A stretch of 33,503 nucleotides of DNA from Candidatus Nomurabacteria bacterium RIFCSPLOWO2_01_FULL_33_17 (GTDB lineage: Bacteria; Patescibacteriota; Minisyncoccia; Phycocordibacterales; UBA9973), in NCBI GenBank assembly GCA_001786995.1, contig MFUO01000031.1:1-33503 (forward strand). The letters are read 5' to 3'. The notes beneath the pieces are model-generated. The model saw only the letters and a list, made by a program, of their open reading frames with translations, made no database searches and had not been told where the DNA came from. This document shows, piece after piece, positions 8,532 through 16,582 of the stretch. A program made the translations under genes and the position numbers. How positions within the stretch are numbered: position 1 is the first letter of the stretch; each line of letters opens with the position of its first letter.

Positions 8532-8580
8532 CTTTATAATTGCTTTATAACTTTATAAACTTTCTACTTTATAACTTCTT
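8532..8580 (+). repeat. Short tandem array (CTTTATAA x4 plus variants), right flank, inverted relative to the left array
   Basis: CTTTATAA ttg CTTTATAA CTTTATAAA CTTTCTA CTTTATAA CTTCTT. Confidence 0.75.
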
Positions 8581-8581
8581 C

Positions 8582-9277
8582 TTAATCAAGCCAATTCTTT
8601 TTTTCTAATGCACCTCGTGCAGCATTTTGCTCGGCTTCTTGTTTTGAATGGCCTTTGCCCTCGGCGACTCTCTCATTCCCCAAGAATATGCCAACAGTAA
8701 AATGTTTATCGTGATCAGGGCCTGTTTCACTAATGACTTTGTAAACTGGTGTAAAAGACATATGTTCTTGTGATTTTTCTTGAATCAAACTTTTTGCATC
8801 CCGCCATAATTTGTTTTTTACAATTTCATTTATATGGATACACAAATTCTTTTCCACAAAAACTTTCGCATTTTCATAGCCTTGGTCTTCATAAATTGCA
8901 CCAACAACTGCTTCAAAAGTATTTGCTAATATATAAGTTCGGGCTTTACCAATATCACGAGTTTCACCTTTGGATAATAACAAATATTCATTCATTTTAA
9001 GATTTGTGGCAACTTCTCCAATTATATTGGCATTAACAAGTGCGCTACGGTACGCAGTTAATTCGCCTTCGGCACAATCCGGATATGTTTTGTATAAAAA
9101 GTCTGTAACGATTAGCTCTATCACTGCATCGCCTAAAAATTCAAGTCTTTCATTGTGACCAATGCCCAGTTTTGTATTTTCATTCAAATAAGAACGATGT
9201 ACATATGCTTGGGTTAGAAGATCTTTATTTTTAAAACTAACACCAATTGATTTTTCAAATTTTGTAAAATCCACCAT
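8582..9277 (-). CDS. rnc: Ribonuclease III
   Basis: HNERLEFLGDAVIEL signature, FEAVVGAIY, C-terminal dsRBD (GPDHDKHF..GKGHSKQEAEQNAA). Confidence 0.97.
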   Translation of the reverse strand: MVDFTKFEKSIGVSFKNKDLLTQAYVHRSYLNENTKLGIGHNERLEFLGDAVIELIVTDFLYKTYPDCAEGELTAYRSALVNANIIGEVATNLKMNEYLLLSKGETRDIGKARTYILANTFEAVVGAIYEDQGYENAKVFVEKNLCIHINEIVKNKLWRDAKSLIQEKSQEHMSFTPVYKVISETGPDHDKHFTVGIFLGNERVAEGKGHSKQEAEQNAARGALEKKNWLD

Positions 9278-9278
9278 A

Positions 9279-10205
9279 CTATTTTTTTGTATTTGTTATT
9301 ATTTCTGTAGCCTGCGCCAAAAGAGGAATAATGTTTTCGTATAAATTTAAACTTGGAATATTCGAAAGTGGAAACCATTGTGCCCCATCAAGCCCCCCAG
9401 ACTTTTCTAAATGTAAATCAGCAAATTCTGCATATCCGAGAAAATATACTACTTGTTTTTTAACTTTACCCTTTATTGGGTGTGATGCAATATATTCATT
9501 CCGTCCTAATTCTTGTTGGATTGTTATATCTATACCAAGTTCTTCTTTAATTTCGCGAATTGCACCCTGCTGTTCATCATCAATATCGTCTACCCCACCC
9601 TTTGATAATGTCCAAAAACCAAAAATATCATGCACAAGTGCAAAATAAACCATATCATTATAAATTGAATATACTACTGCTCCGGCCTTTTTCTCTATTG
9701 GTAATGTATCAGGGTCAACAACAATTGGTGTTTTGTTTCGCTCTTGTATTCTGTGTGCATTTTTACCATGATCCATTTTACCAGGCTCGCCCATTTCTTT
9801 ATAAACTGCACCCAAGACTCCATTAACAAATTTAGGTGACATATCAGACCCAAAAGATTTTGCAAGTTCAATTGATTCATTAATTGCAACTTTGGGTGGT
9901 ACATTGTCACGATCACCAAATAGTAATTCAGTTAAACCAATACGCAAAATATTACGATCAATAATTCCTATTTTTTCTATTGGCCATTCGGGAGCGGCTT
10001 TGACAATAACATCATCCAATATAGATCTTTTGGATAAAATAAGTTTTGATAAAGTCCGCGCAAAATCCGCATCCGGATGCCCAGGTGCAAATTCAACAAT
10101 ATTACGATTTACAATAGATGGAACTTCTTCAATTATAAGACCACGAAAATCCCACTCGAAAAGTGATTGTAGCACGATAGATCTTGATAAATGCCTGTTT
10201 GCCAT
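9279..10205 (-). CDS. nusB: NusB fused to a C-terminal NUDIX hydrolase domain
   Basis: N-half: RHLSR..VLQSLFEWD, IDRNILR, VAINESIELAKSFG, FVNGVLG. C-half: WTLSKGG...GAIREIKEELG Nudix box. Confidence 0.92.
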   Translation of the reverse strand: MANRHLSRSIVLQSLFEWDFRGLIIEEVPSIVNRNIVEFAPGHPDADFARTLSKLILSKRSILDDVIVKAAPEWPIEKIGIIDRNILRIGLTELLFGDRDNVPPKVAINESIELAKSFGSDMSPKFVNGVLGAVYKEMGEPGKMDHGKNAHRIQERNKTPIVVDPDTLPIEKKAGAVVYSIYNDMVYFALVHDIFGFWTLSKGGVDDIDDEQQGAIREIKEELGIDITIQQELGRNEYIASHPIKGKVKKQVVYFLGYAEFADLHLEKSGGLDGAQWFPLSNIPSLNLYENIIPLLAQATEIITNTKK

Positions 10206-10245
10206 AATTTATTACAATGAACTAATAGAAAAAGAACGCAAAAAA

Positions 10246-10458
10246 TTACTTTTTGCGCTTTTTCATTATCTTTTTCTCCACCTTTTTTAAAACATCAATG
10301 ACCTTTTTTCCTTTGTAAATACCGGTTTTCATATCAACACGGTGGCGCAAATGAACAGATCCTGTTTCTTTATCAGTTACAGTTTTAATGTCTTTCAAAG
10401 CATGGTGCGAACGACGGTTCCCCGTGTGCGCTTTTGTGTGCCTCATTCGTATAACCAT
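10246..10458 (-). CDS. rpmF: 50S ribosomal protein L32 (form without zinc-binding Cys)
   Basis: RHTKAHTGNRRSHHAL..HLRHRV...GIYKGKKV. Confidence 0.92.
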   Translation of the reverse strand: MVIRMRHTKAHTGNRRSHHALKDIKTVTDKETGSVHLRHRVDMKTGIYKGKKVIDVLKKVEKKIMKKRKK

Positions 10459-10464
10459 ATATTA

Positions 10465-10493
10465 CTTATACCAAAAATAAGCTTTTTTTGCAA
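10465..10493 (-). promoter_or_regulatory. Promoter of the rpmF-nusB-rnc-smc run, probably leaderless
   Basis: TTGCAA-17 nt-TATAAG-6 nt-ATG. Confidence 0.65.
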
Positions 10494-10500
10494 CCCTAGA

Positions 10501-10687
10501 TTTTTTCGTCACACACCTCATCCCCGACCCTTCTCCTTATCAAGAGAAGGGAGTGTACTTACATAGAAATGTATAAAGTAATAGATAATATATTTAATAT
10601 AAACTTATAGTATAAAGCTACAACATTCCCCTCTCTTGTAAAGGAGAGGGACGGAAGGGTGAGGTGGGATGAGGTGCGACTAAAAAA
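10501..10687. repeat. Inverted pair of REP-like elements around an AT-rich spacer (REPIN/MITE-like)
   Basis: Left: CACCTCATCCC..CCCTTCTC-CTTATCAA-GAGAAGGG. Right: CCCTCTC-TTGTAAAG-GAGAGGG..GGGTGAGGTGGGATGAGGTG. Confidence 0.75.
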
Positions 10688-10724
10688 GATGGTGGTGGTG
10701 GAAAAATAAGATATTTATGCTAGA

Positions 10725-12482
10725 ATGTTTAAATATATGAATGAAAACAATCTTTCCCACATTCGACATTCTTTAGCCCACTTGTTAGGTGCTGCTATTT
10801 TAGAGCTTTATCCAGAAAGTTTTTTAACACTTGGCCCTGCTATAGACAATGGATTTTATTATGGTGCTGAAATCCGAGATAAAGTTAGTGAAGATGATTT
10901 GGAAAAAATTGAAAACAAAATGCGCGAGCTTGCAAAAAACTGGACTGTCTTTGAAAAAGAAATTGTAGATAAAGATAAAGCACGCGAAATTTTTAAAAAT
11001 AATGTTTATAAAAATGAAATAATAGATGGCATTGTAAAAGAAGACCAAGAAATATCTTTATATACTTCTGGGTCTTTTACTGATTTATGTCGTGGTGGTC
11101 ATGTCGAGAATTTTAAAGATATCGATATGTCTGGCTGGAAACTTGACCGCATTGCTGGGGCATATTGGCGGGGGGACGAAAAAAATAAAATGCTAACTCG
11201 TATTTATGGACTTGCATTTGAGAGTAAGGCTAATTTAGAAAATTATTTAGACATGCGCGAAGAAGCAGAAAAAAGAGATCATAAAAAACTTGGAAAACAA
11301 CTTGATCTTTTTACTTTTTCAGATTTGATTGGGGCAGGATTACCACTGTTTACCCCAAAAGGCACACTAATACGCAACTTGCTTGATGAATATGTTTGGG
11401 AATTAAGAAAAAAGGTTGGGTATGAACAAGTAGACATTCCTCATATTACAAAAAAAGATTTATATGAAAAATCAGGTCATTGGTCAAAATTTAAGGATGA
11501 CCTATTTCGTATAGTTTCGCGTGAAGGCCATGAATTTGCAATGAAGCCAATGAATTGCCCTCATCATACACAAATATATGCACGAAAATCTTGGAGCTAT
11601 AAAGAGCTTCCTCAAAGATATGCTTCAACTACAAAAGTATATCGTGACGAACAATCTGGTGAATTATCAGGACTTTCTCGAGTGCGTTCAATTACACAAG
11701 ATGATGCTCATGTATTTTGTAGAATGCAAGATGCTAAAGTTGAAATGGAAAAAATTTATAATATTGTAAAAACATTTTATCAAACTTTTGGTTTTACTCT
11801 TACACCACGACTTTCATTACATGATCCAAACAATATGAATGCTTATTTGGGTAGTAGTGAGATTTGGGAAAAAGCTGAAAATGAATTAAGAAATCTAATA
11901 AAAGAAAAAGCTGATACTGCAATTGAAGCAATTGGTGAAGCCGCATTTTATGGACCTAAAATAGACTTTATGGCCAAAGATGCCATTGGACGCGAATGGC
12001 AAGTTGCAACGATTCAACTTGATATGAATATGCCAGAAAGTTTTGACTTATCATGTACAAACGAAAATGGTGAAAAAGAACGAATTATAATGATTCATGC
12101 TGCAATTATGGGATCTCTTGAAAGATTTATATCTACTTTAATAGAGCATGTAGCCGGAATATTCCCTGTATGGCTATCCCCTGTGCAAGTTACAATTGTG
12201 CCAGTCAGGATCGAGCAACATGGAGAATATGCAAACAAAATACTAGCCCAATTAAGAGAGAAAAATATTAGAGTTGAAATTAGTAATAATGATGATTCAT
12301 TAGGTAAAAGAATTAACAGTGCCAAAGCTCATAAAGTTCCTTATGTTATTGTTATTGGTGACAAAGAAATGGAGTCCGGCAACCTAACAATCGAAACTCG
12401 TACAGAAAAAATAGAGGGGATCATTATTGATGATTTTATAAAAAAATTAGAAAATGAAATAAAAAATAGAACTCTAGGTTAG
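10725..12482 (+). CDS. thrS: Threonine--tRNA ligase lacking the N-terminal TGS domain (start may be 10737)
   Basis: RHSLAHL, DLCRGGH, GAYWRGDE, RDHKKLG, KPMNCPHH, GLSRVR..TQDDAH, AAFYGPKID, HAAIMGSLERF. Confidence 0.97.
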   Translation: MFKYMNENNLSHIRHSLAHLLGAAILELYPESFLTLGPAIDNGFYYGAEIRDKVSEDDLEKIENKMRELAKNWTVFEKEIVDKDKAREIFKNNVYKNEIIDGIVKEDQEISLYTSGSFTDLCRGGHVENFKDIDMSGWKLDRIAGAYWRGDEKNKMLTRIYGLAFESKANLENYLDMREEAEKRDHKKLGKQLDLFTFSDLIGAGLPLFTPKGTLIRNLLDEYVWELRKKVGYEQVDIPHITKKDLYEKSGHWSKFKDDLFRIVSREGHEFAMKPMNCPHHTQIYARKSWSYKELPQRYASTTKVYRDEQSGELSGLSRVRSITQDDAHVFCRMQDAKVEMEKIYNIVKTFYQTFGFTLTPRLSLHDPNNMNAYLGSSEIWEKAENELRNLIKEKADTAIEAIGEAAFYGPKIDFMAKDAIGREWQVATIQLDMNMPESFDLSCTNENGEKERIIMIHAAIMGSLERFISTLIEHVAGIFPVWLSPVQVTIVPVRIEQHGEYANKILAQLREKNIRVEISNNDDSLGKRINSAKAHKVPYVIVIGDKEMESGNLTIETRTEKIEGIIIDDFIKKLENEIKNRTLG

Positions 12483-12538
12483 TACAAAATAAGGAATTAG
12501 TAAATTCTTATACTTATACTTTTTCCTTATAATTACTA

Positions 12539-14635
12539 TTAGATGTCTATATTCGCGTATCGGGCATTGGTTTGAATAAATGATTTGCGAGGTGGAACTT
12601 CGGAACCCATAAGCATATCAAATATGCGATCAGCTTCTTCGGCATCGTCGACACAAACTTGTTTTAAGATTCTATTTGCAGGATCCATTGTTGTTTCCCA
12701 TAATTCTTCGGAATTCATTTCACCCAAACCCTTATATCTTTGAACATGAATTCTATTAGGTCTTAGGTTCAAGGTCTTAGATTCAAGGTTGTTTTCTTCA
12801 TTTTCTGTTTCCTGTTCATCATCAAGAACAACTATTGCTGATGCATCGTTGCCGGTTAATTTATCTCTTTCTTCATCCGAATATGCATAATGAACTTCTT
12901 TGCCCTGCTTTATTTTAAACAATGGTGGTTGAGCAATATAAATGAATCCCCCATCAATTAGTGGACGGAAATATCTGTAAAACAAAGTTAATATCAGTGT
13001 ACGAATATGGGCTCCGTCCACATCCGCATCAGTTGCAATTATGACTTTATGATAACGAAGTTTTGAAATATCAAAAGTATCTCCTATAGCTGTCCCCATT
13101 GCAACAACAAGATTTTTAATTTGCTCACTACCCAGCATTCGATCAAGTCGTGCTCGTTCGATATTTAAAATTTTTCCTCGTAATGGCAAAATAGCTTGAG
13201 TTCGACGATCACGCCCCATTTTAGCTGTACCACCCGCAGAATCTCCCTCTACAATAAATAATTCGGATTCTTCAGCACTTTTTGTAGAGCAGTCAGCCAA
13301 TTTTCCAGGCAATGTCATGCCTTCAAGTGCGCCTTTTCGTAAAACAGAATCTTTCGCAGCTTTTGCGGCTTTGCGAGATCGCATAGCAAGATTTGCTTTA
13401 TTTATTATGGCTTTAGCTTCATCAGGATTCTCTTCAAAAAATGCTGATAATGCATCACCAAAAACTGTATTAACAGCGCCTTGAGCTTCAGTAGATCCTA
13501 ATTTACCTTTTGTTTGACCTTCAAATTGAATCTCACGCAATTTTACAGAAACAACTGCAACTAAACCTTCTAAAACATCATCTCCTGTAAAACCACCATC
13601 GGCTTCTTTAGCCATCCCAGCTTTTTTAGCATAAGAATTAATAACGCGAGTTAAAGCCATTTTAAATCCAGTAATATGTGTCCCATATTCTGGGTTTGCA
13701 ATATTGTTTGCAAAAGCAACTATTCTTGTAGTTACATCATCAATATAACGGAAAACTACTTCTACTTCTACATTTTCATGTTCTTTTTCTACATGAAAAA
13801 TTGTTGAATGAATTGGTTTTTGAAATTCTGTATAATGTTCAACTAAAGATACTAATCCGCCTTCGAAATAAAAAGTTTGACTAGGTAATTCTAATTCTAA
13901 TTCTTTAAAATAAAAAACATCATCTAGATTAGTTTTTTTCTTTGTTAAAACTGAATCACCCCTGCCTACCGGCCAGGCAGGCATTTCTCGCGCATCAATA
14001 GTAGTAATACGAAGACCTTTGACTAAATAAGCTTGTTGTCTAAAATGATGAATAATAGTATTTAGATTAAATTCACGGTCTTTAAAAATTTCTTCATCTG
14101 GCTCAAAAGTAATAATTGTTCCATGTAATTTAGAAGATCCAATTTTTTTAACAGATGCTTTCTTTTTACCTTGCGAATATTCTTGTTCATATTTACCTCC
14201 ATCACGATGAACAATAGCTTGAGTATAAATAGATAATGCATTAACAACTGAAGCTCCGACACCGTGTAATCCTCCTGTCGCTTTAATATACCCACTTTCA
14301 TCTCCACCAAATTTACCTCCGGCATGAAGAGTTGTCATAACAGTTTCTAAAGCCGAAACTTTTGTTTTGGAATGAATATCAACTGGAATACCACGGCCAT
14401 TATCAGCTACACGAATATGATTACCAGGAAGAAGTACAATTTCAATATCATTACATTCGGAAGCCATAGCTTCATCACGAGAGTTATCAAAAATCTCCCA
14501 TACCAAATGATGCAAGCCCTCTAAACCAGTAGAACCAATGTACATCCCCGGGCGGCGACGAACAGGTTCAAGCCCCTCTAAAACACTGATTTCATCAGCA
14601 CCATATTTGCCATTTTTTGTTGTGTCTTTTGCCAT
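12539..14635 (-). CDS. gyrB: DNA gyrase subunit B
   Basis: LEGLEPVRRRPGMYIG, DNGRGIP, GGLHGVGASVVNALS, FEGQTK, VEGDSAGG, PLRGKILN, DADVDGAHI, QRYKGLGEMN. Confidence 0.95.
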   Translation of the reverse strand: MAKDTTKNGKYGADEISVLEGLEPVRRRPGMYIGSTGLEGLHHLVWEIFDNSRDEAMASECNDIEIVLLPGNHIRVADNGRGIPVDIHSKTKVSALETVMTTLHAGGKFGGDESGYIKATGGLHGVGASVVNALSIYTQAIVHRDGGKYEQEYSQGKKKASVKKIGSSKLHGTIITFEPDEEIFKDREFNLNTIIHHFRQQAYLVKGLRITTIDAREMPAWPVGRGDSVLTKKKTNLDDVFYFKELELELPSQTFYFEGGLVSLVEHYTEFQKPIHSTIFHVEKEHENVEVEVVFRYIDDVTTRIVAFANNIANPEYGTHITGFKMALTRVINSYAKKAGMAKEADGGFTGDDVLEGLVAVVSVKLREIQFEGQTKGKLGSTEAQGAVNTVFGDALSAFFEENPDEAKAIINKANLAMRSRKAAKAAKDSVLRKGALEGMTLPGKLADCSTKSAEESELFIVEGDSAGGTAKMGRDRRTQAILPLRGKILNIERARLDRMLGSEQIKNLVVAMGTAIGDTFDISKLRYHKVIIATDADVDGAHIRTLILTLFYRYFRPLIDGGFIYIAQPPLFKIKQGKEVHYAYSDEERDKLTGNDASAIVVLDDEQETENEENNLESKTLNLRPNRIHVQRYKGLGEMNSEELWETTMDPANRILKQVCVDDAEEADRIFDMLMGSEVPPRKSFIQTNARYANIDI
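12754..12788 (+). repeat. Heptamer tandem repeat (x5) inside gyrB
   Basis: TATTAGG TCTTAGG TTCAAGG TCTTAGA TTCAAGG. Confidence 0.7.
13961..13981. repeat. 21-nt palindromic element in frame within gyrB
   Basis: CCTGCCT-ACCGGCC-AGGCAGG; encodes PAWPVGR exactly in codon phase. Confidence 0.75.
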
Positions 14636-14702
14636 ATATATCTATATTATAGCAAAAATAGGTATAATTACCAAGCTTTTTTAAAAAAATTTTAATGTAT
14701 AA

Positions 14703-15833
14703 TTAGCGAATCATTACACTAAAAATTTCTCGTGTTTTTTCTTCAAGTTCTTTATGTAGGGTATTTACCTCTTCATCAGTTAAGGTTTTTTCAAGAGAAC
14801 GGTAAGTTATACGATAAGCATAACTCTTTTTGTCAGCACCAAATTTTACATCATTTTCATATTCGTCTAGTAGTGATACCTCTTCAGCTAAATAGCCAAC
14901 TACATCACGAACTAAATCAAAATAATCATTTGGTGAGAAAGTTTTATCAACTACAAAAGAGATATCACGGATTATTGCAGGATATTTACTGACATCGCGA
15001 TAAACATTTCCCAATACAAGTTGTTTTTTAACTCGTTCGTCTTGCGACCAAAGTAATCTAATATCTGGCAAATTCATACTAATAATTGCAAGTCTTTCAA
15101 GACCAAATCCAAATGCCCAGCCATTATAATTCTCTAATCCAAAATTTTTCAAAACATCTTTTCTTGGCATTCCACCACCCATAATCTCAACCCACTTTCC
15201 ATCAAGTTCCACCTCTATTTGTAAAGACGGGTCAGTATAAGGAAATGTATCGTCTAAAAATCTATATTTTACTTCTTTGCCAAAAAGTCCTTCAACAATT
15301 TCTACAAGGGCTTGTTTTAAATCATCAAGATTTAAAACTTTTTTACTATCAGGCACAAGATAAAGACCACCCATTTGATGAAATATATTCATATGGCGAC
15401 GGTCAATTTCGTCTTTTCGATAAACTTTACCATAACAAATTACACCCAGTTTTTCGTTATTTTTTATCTTCTTTTTTATGTCTTTATTATTTAAATAGTA
15501 ATACCACATCACAGTATCATGTGGGCGAAGAATATTTTTTTCATCAAGGTAATAAGTGTCTGACTTACTACGAGCTGGATGATTCGAAGCAAAATTAAAT
15601 AAATCAAAAGAAAGATCAACAGGTACAATTTCAGGAATAATAATATTGTCAAAATCTTTTAAAATATGAATGTTTCTAGTATTTTTAACGATTTGAAAAA
15701 GTGGGCTAGTTTCTAATCGTGACAAATCAGGCATATCTAAATGCCTTTTAATACGCAAACTTTCAGCATCATTTTTATTTGAAAGTGTAACCAAAATCTG
15801 CTCTTGTTCTGTTGTGTCTACTTTAATTTCCAT
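14703..15833 (-). CDS. pheS: Single-chain phenylalanine--tRNA ligase (catalytic domain + FDX-ACB anticodon-binding domain, mitochondrial-type architecture)
   Basis: HPARSKSDTYY, YRKDEIDRRH..IFHQ (motif 2), FPYTDPS, AFGFGLERLA (motif 3), LPDIRLLWS, then SKYPAIIRDISF...YRSLEKTLTDEEVN. Confidence 0.9.
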   Translation of the reverse strand: MEIKVDTTEQEQILVTLSNKNDAESLRIKRHLDMPDLSRLETSPLFQIVKNTRNIHILKDFDNIIIPEIVPVDLSFDLFNFASNHPARSKSDTYYLDEKNILRPHDTVMWYYYLNNKDIKKKIKNNEKLGVICYGKVYRKDEIDRRHMNIFHQMGGLYLVPDSKKVLNLDDLKQALVEIVEGLFGKEVKYRFLDDTFPYTDPSLQIEVELDGKWVEIMGGGMPRKDVLKNFGLENYNGWAFGFGLERLAIISMNLPDIRLLWSQDERVKKQLVLGNVYRDVSKYPAIIRDISFVVDKTFSPNDYFDLVRDVVGYLAEEVSLLDEYENDVKFGADKKSYAYRITYRSLEKTLTDEEVNTLHKELEEKTREIFSVMIR

Positions 15834-15838
15834 ATATC

Positions 15839-15868
15839 AAATATACCCTTTTTAAGGGTATATTTCAA
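15839..15868 (-). promoter_or_regulatory. Leaderless promoter of PheRS embedded in a palindrome with 12-bp arms
   Basis: TTGAAA-17-TATATT-6-ATG; AAATATACCCTT-TTT-AAGGGTATATTT at 15839-15865. Confidence 0.6.
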
Positions 15869-15877
15869 TAGATCCAA

Positions 15878-15920
15878 CACCTCACCCTTACCTCCCTCTC
15901 CTGAAAAGATAGGAGAGGGA
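15878..15920 (+). repeat. REP-like element, same family as 10501-10687 and 33259-33315
   Basis: CACCTCACCCTTACC-TCCCTCTCCT-GAAAAGAT-AGGAGAGGGA. Confidence 0.75.
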
Positions 15921-15941
15921 AATCACAATTTAAACACATAT

Positions 15942-16526
15942 CTACTCTGCCAAAAGCTCATTAATTATCTTCATTGTATTACCACCAACTACTCCATCAG
16001 CAGTTATTTTATATTCTGTTTGGAATTTCTTAACGGCTGTTTCAGTCATTGGACCAAAACTACCATCAACTTTACCAGTTAGATAATCATTATCAACTAA
16101 AAATTGTTGAAGTATTTTGACTTCACTACCGTTACTACCTTTTTTCAAAATTTTTGTAATTAGAACAATAGGAGTTTTTATTTCTTCGGGTTCATTTATA
16201 ATTGGTTTAACAGGTTCCACAACTACAATATCTTGTTCTTTTTTATCATCATTTTTAACTGGAACAATAATATTATTATCAACAATTACTTCATTATTAA
16301 CAATTGGAACAACAGGAACAGTATCAACTATAAATGGTGTAGTATTTTCATTAATAGGAGCATCTTTTAATGCTACATTTTCATCTACCACTTCTGCTAC
16401 TTTAGCACCAAAGATTTTTTGAGATAATGCAATTTCTGGATGAATTTTTAGATAAAAAGCCCCAAAAGTTGCGCCACATAATAGCAATAGAATGATTATA
16501 AGAAATGTTAAACCTTTATTTGACAT
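15942..16526 (-). CDS. Membrane-anchored protein with a C-terminal peptidoglycan-binding (PG_binding_1) domain
   Basis: N-terminal TM helix; LKKGSNGSEVKILQQFL...VDGSFGPMTETAVKKFQ...ADGVVGGNT. Confidence 0.88.
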   Translation of the reverse strand: MSNKGLTFLIIILLLLCGATFGAFYLKIHPEIALSQKIFGAKVAEVVDENVALKDAPINENTTPFIVDTVPVVPIVNNEVIVDNNIIVPVKNDDKKEQDIVVVEPVKPIINEPEEIKTPIVLITKILKKGSNGSEVKILQQFLVDNDYLTGKVDGSFGPMTETAVKKFQTEYKITADGVVGGNTMKIINELLAE

Positions 16527-16582
16527 ATGTTATTCTAAATTAATTGAATATACATATAGTATAACATATATTATATAATAAA

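Noticed and set aside
10342-10566. ORFs reading through REP-like elements (also 15804-16082)
   Set aside because: Their Pro-rich translations are by-products of the repeat sequence and they overlap real genes on the opposite strand
10725-12482. ThrRS lacking the TGS domain, and gyrB without an adjacent gyrA
   Set aside because: Both are common in reduced genomes; catalytic and editing motifs are intact
12488-12538. CTTATA-like short repeats between thrS and gyrB
   Set aside because: Too irregular to separate from AT-rich noise or a weak bidirectional terminator
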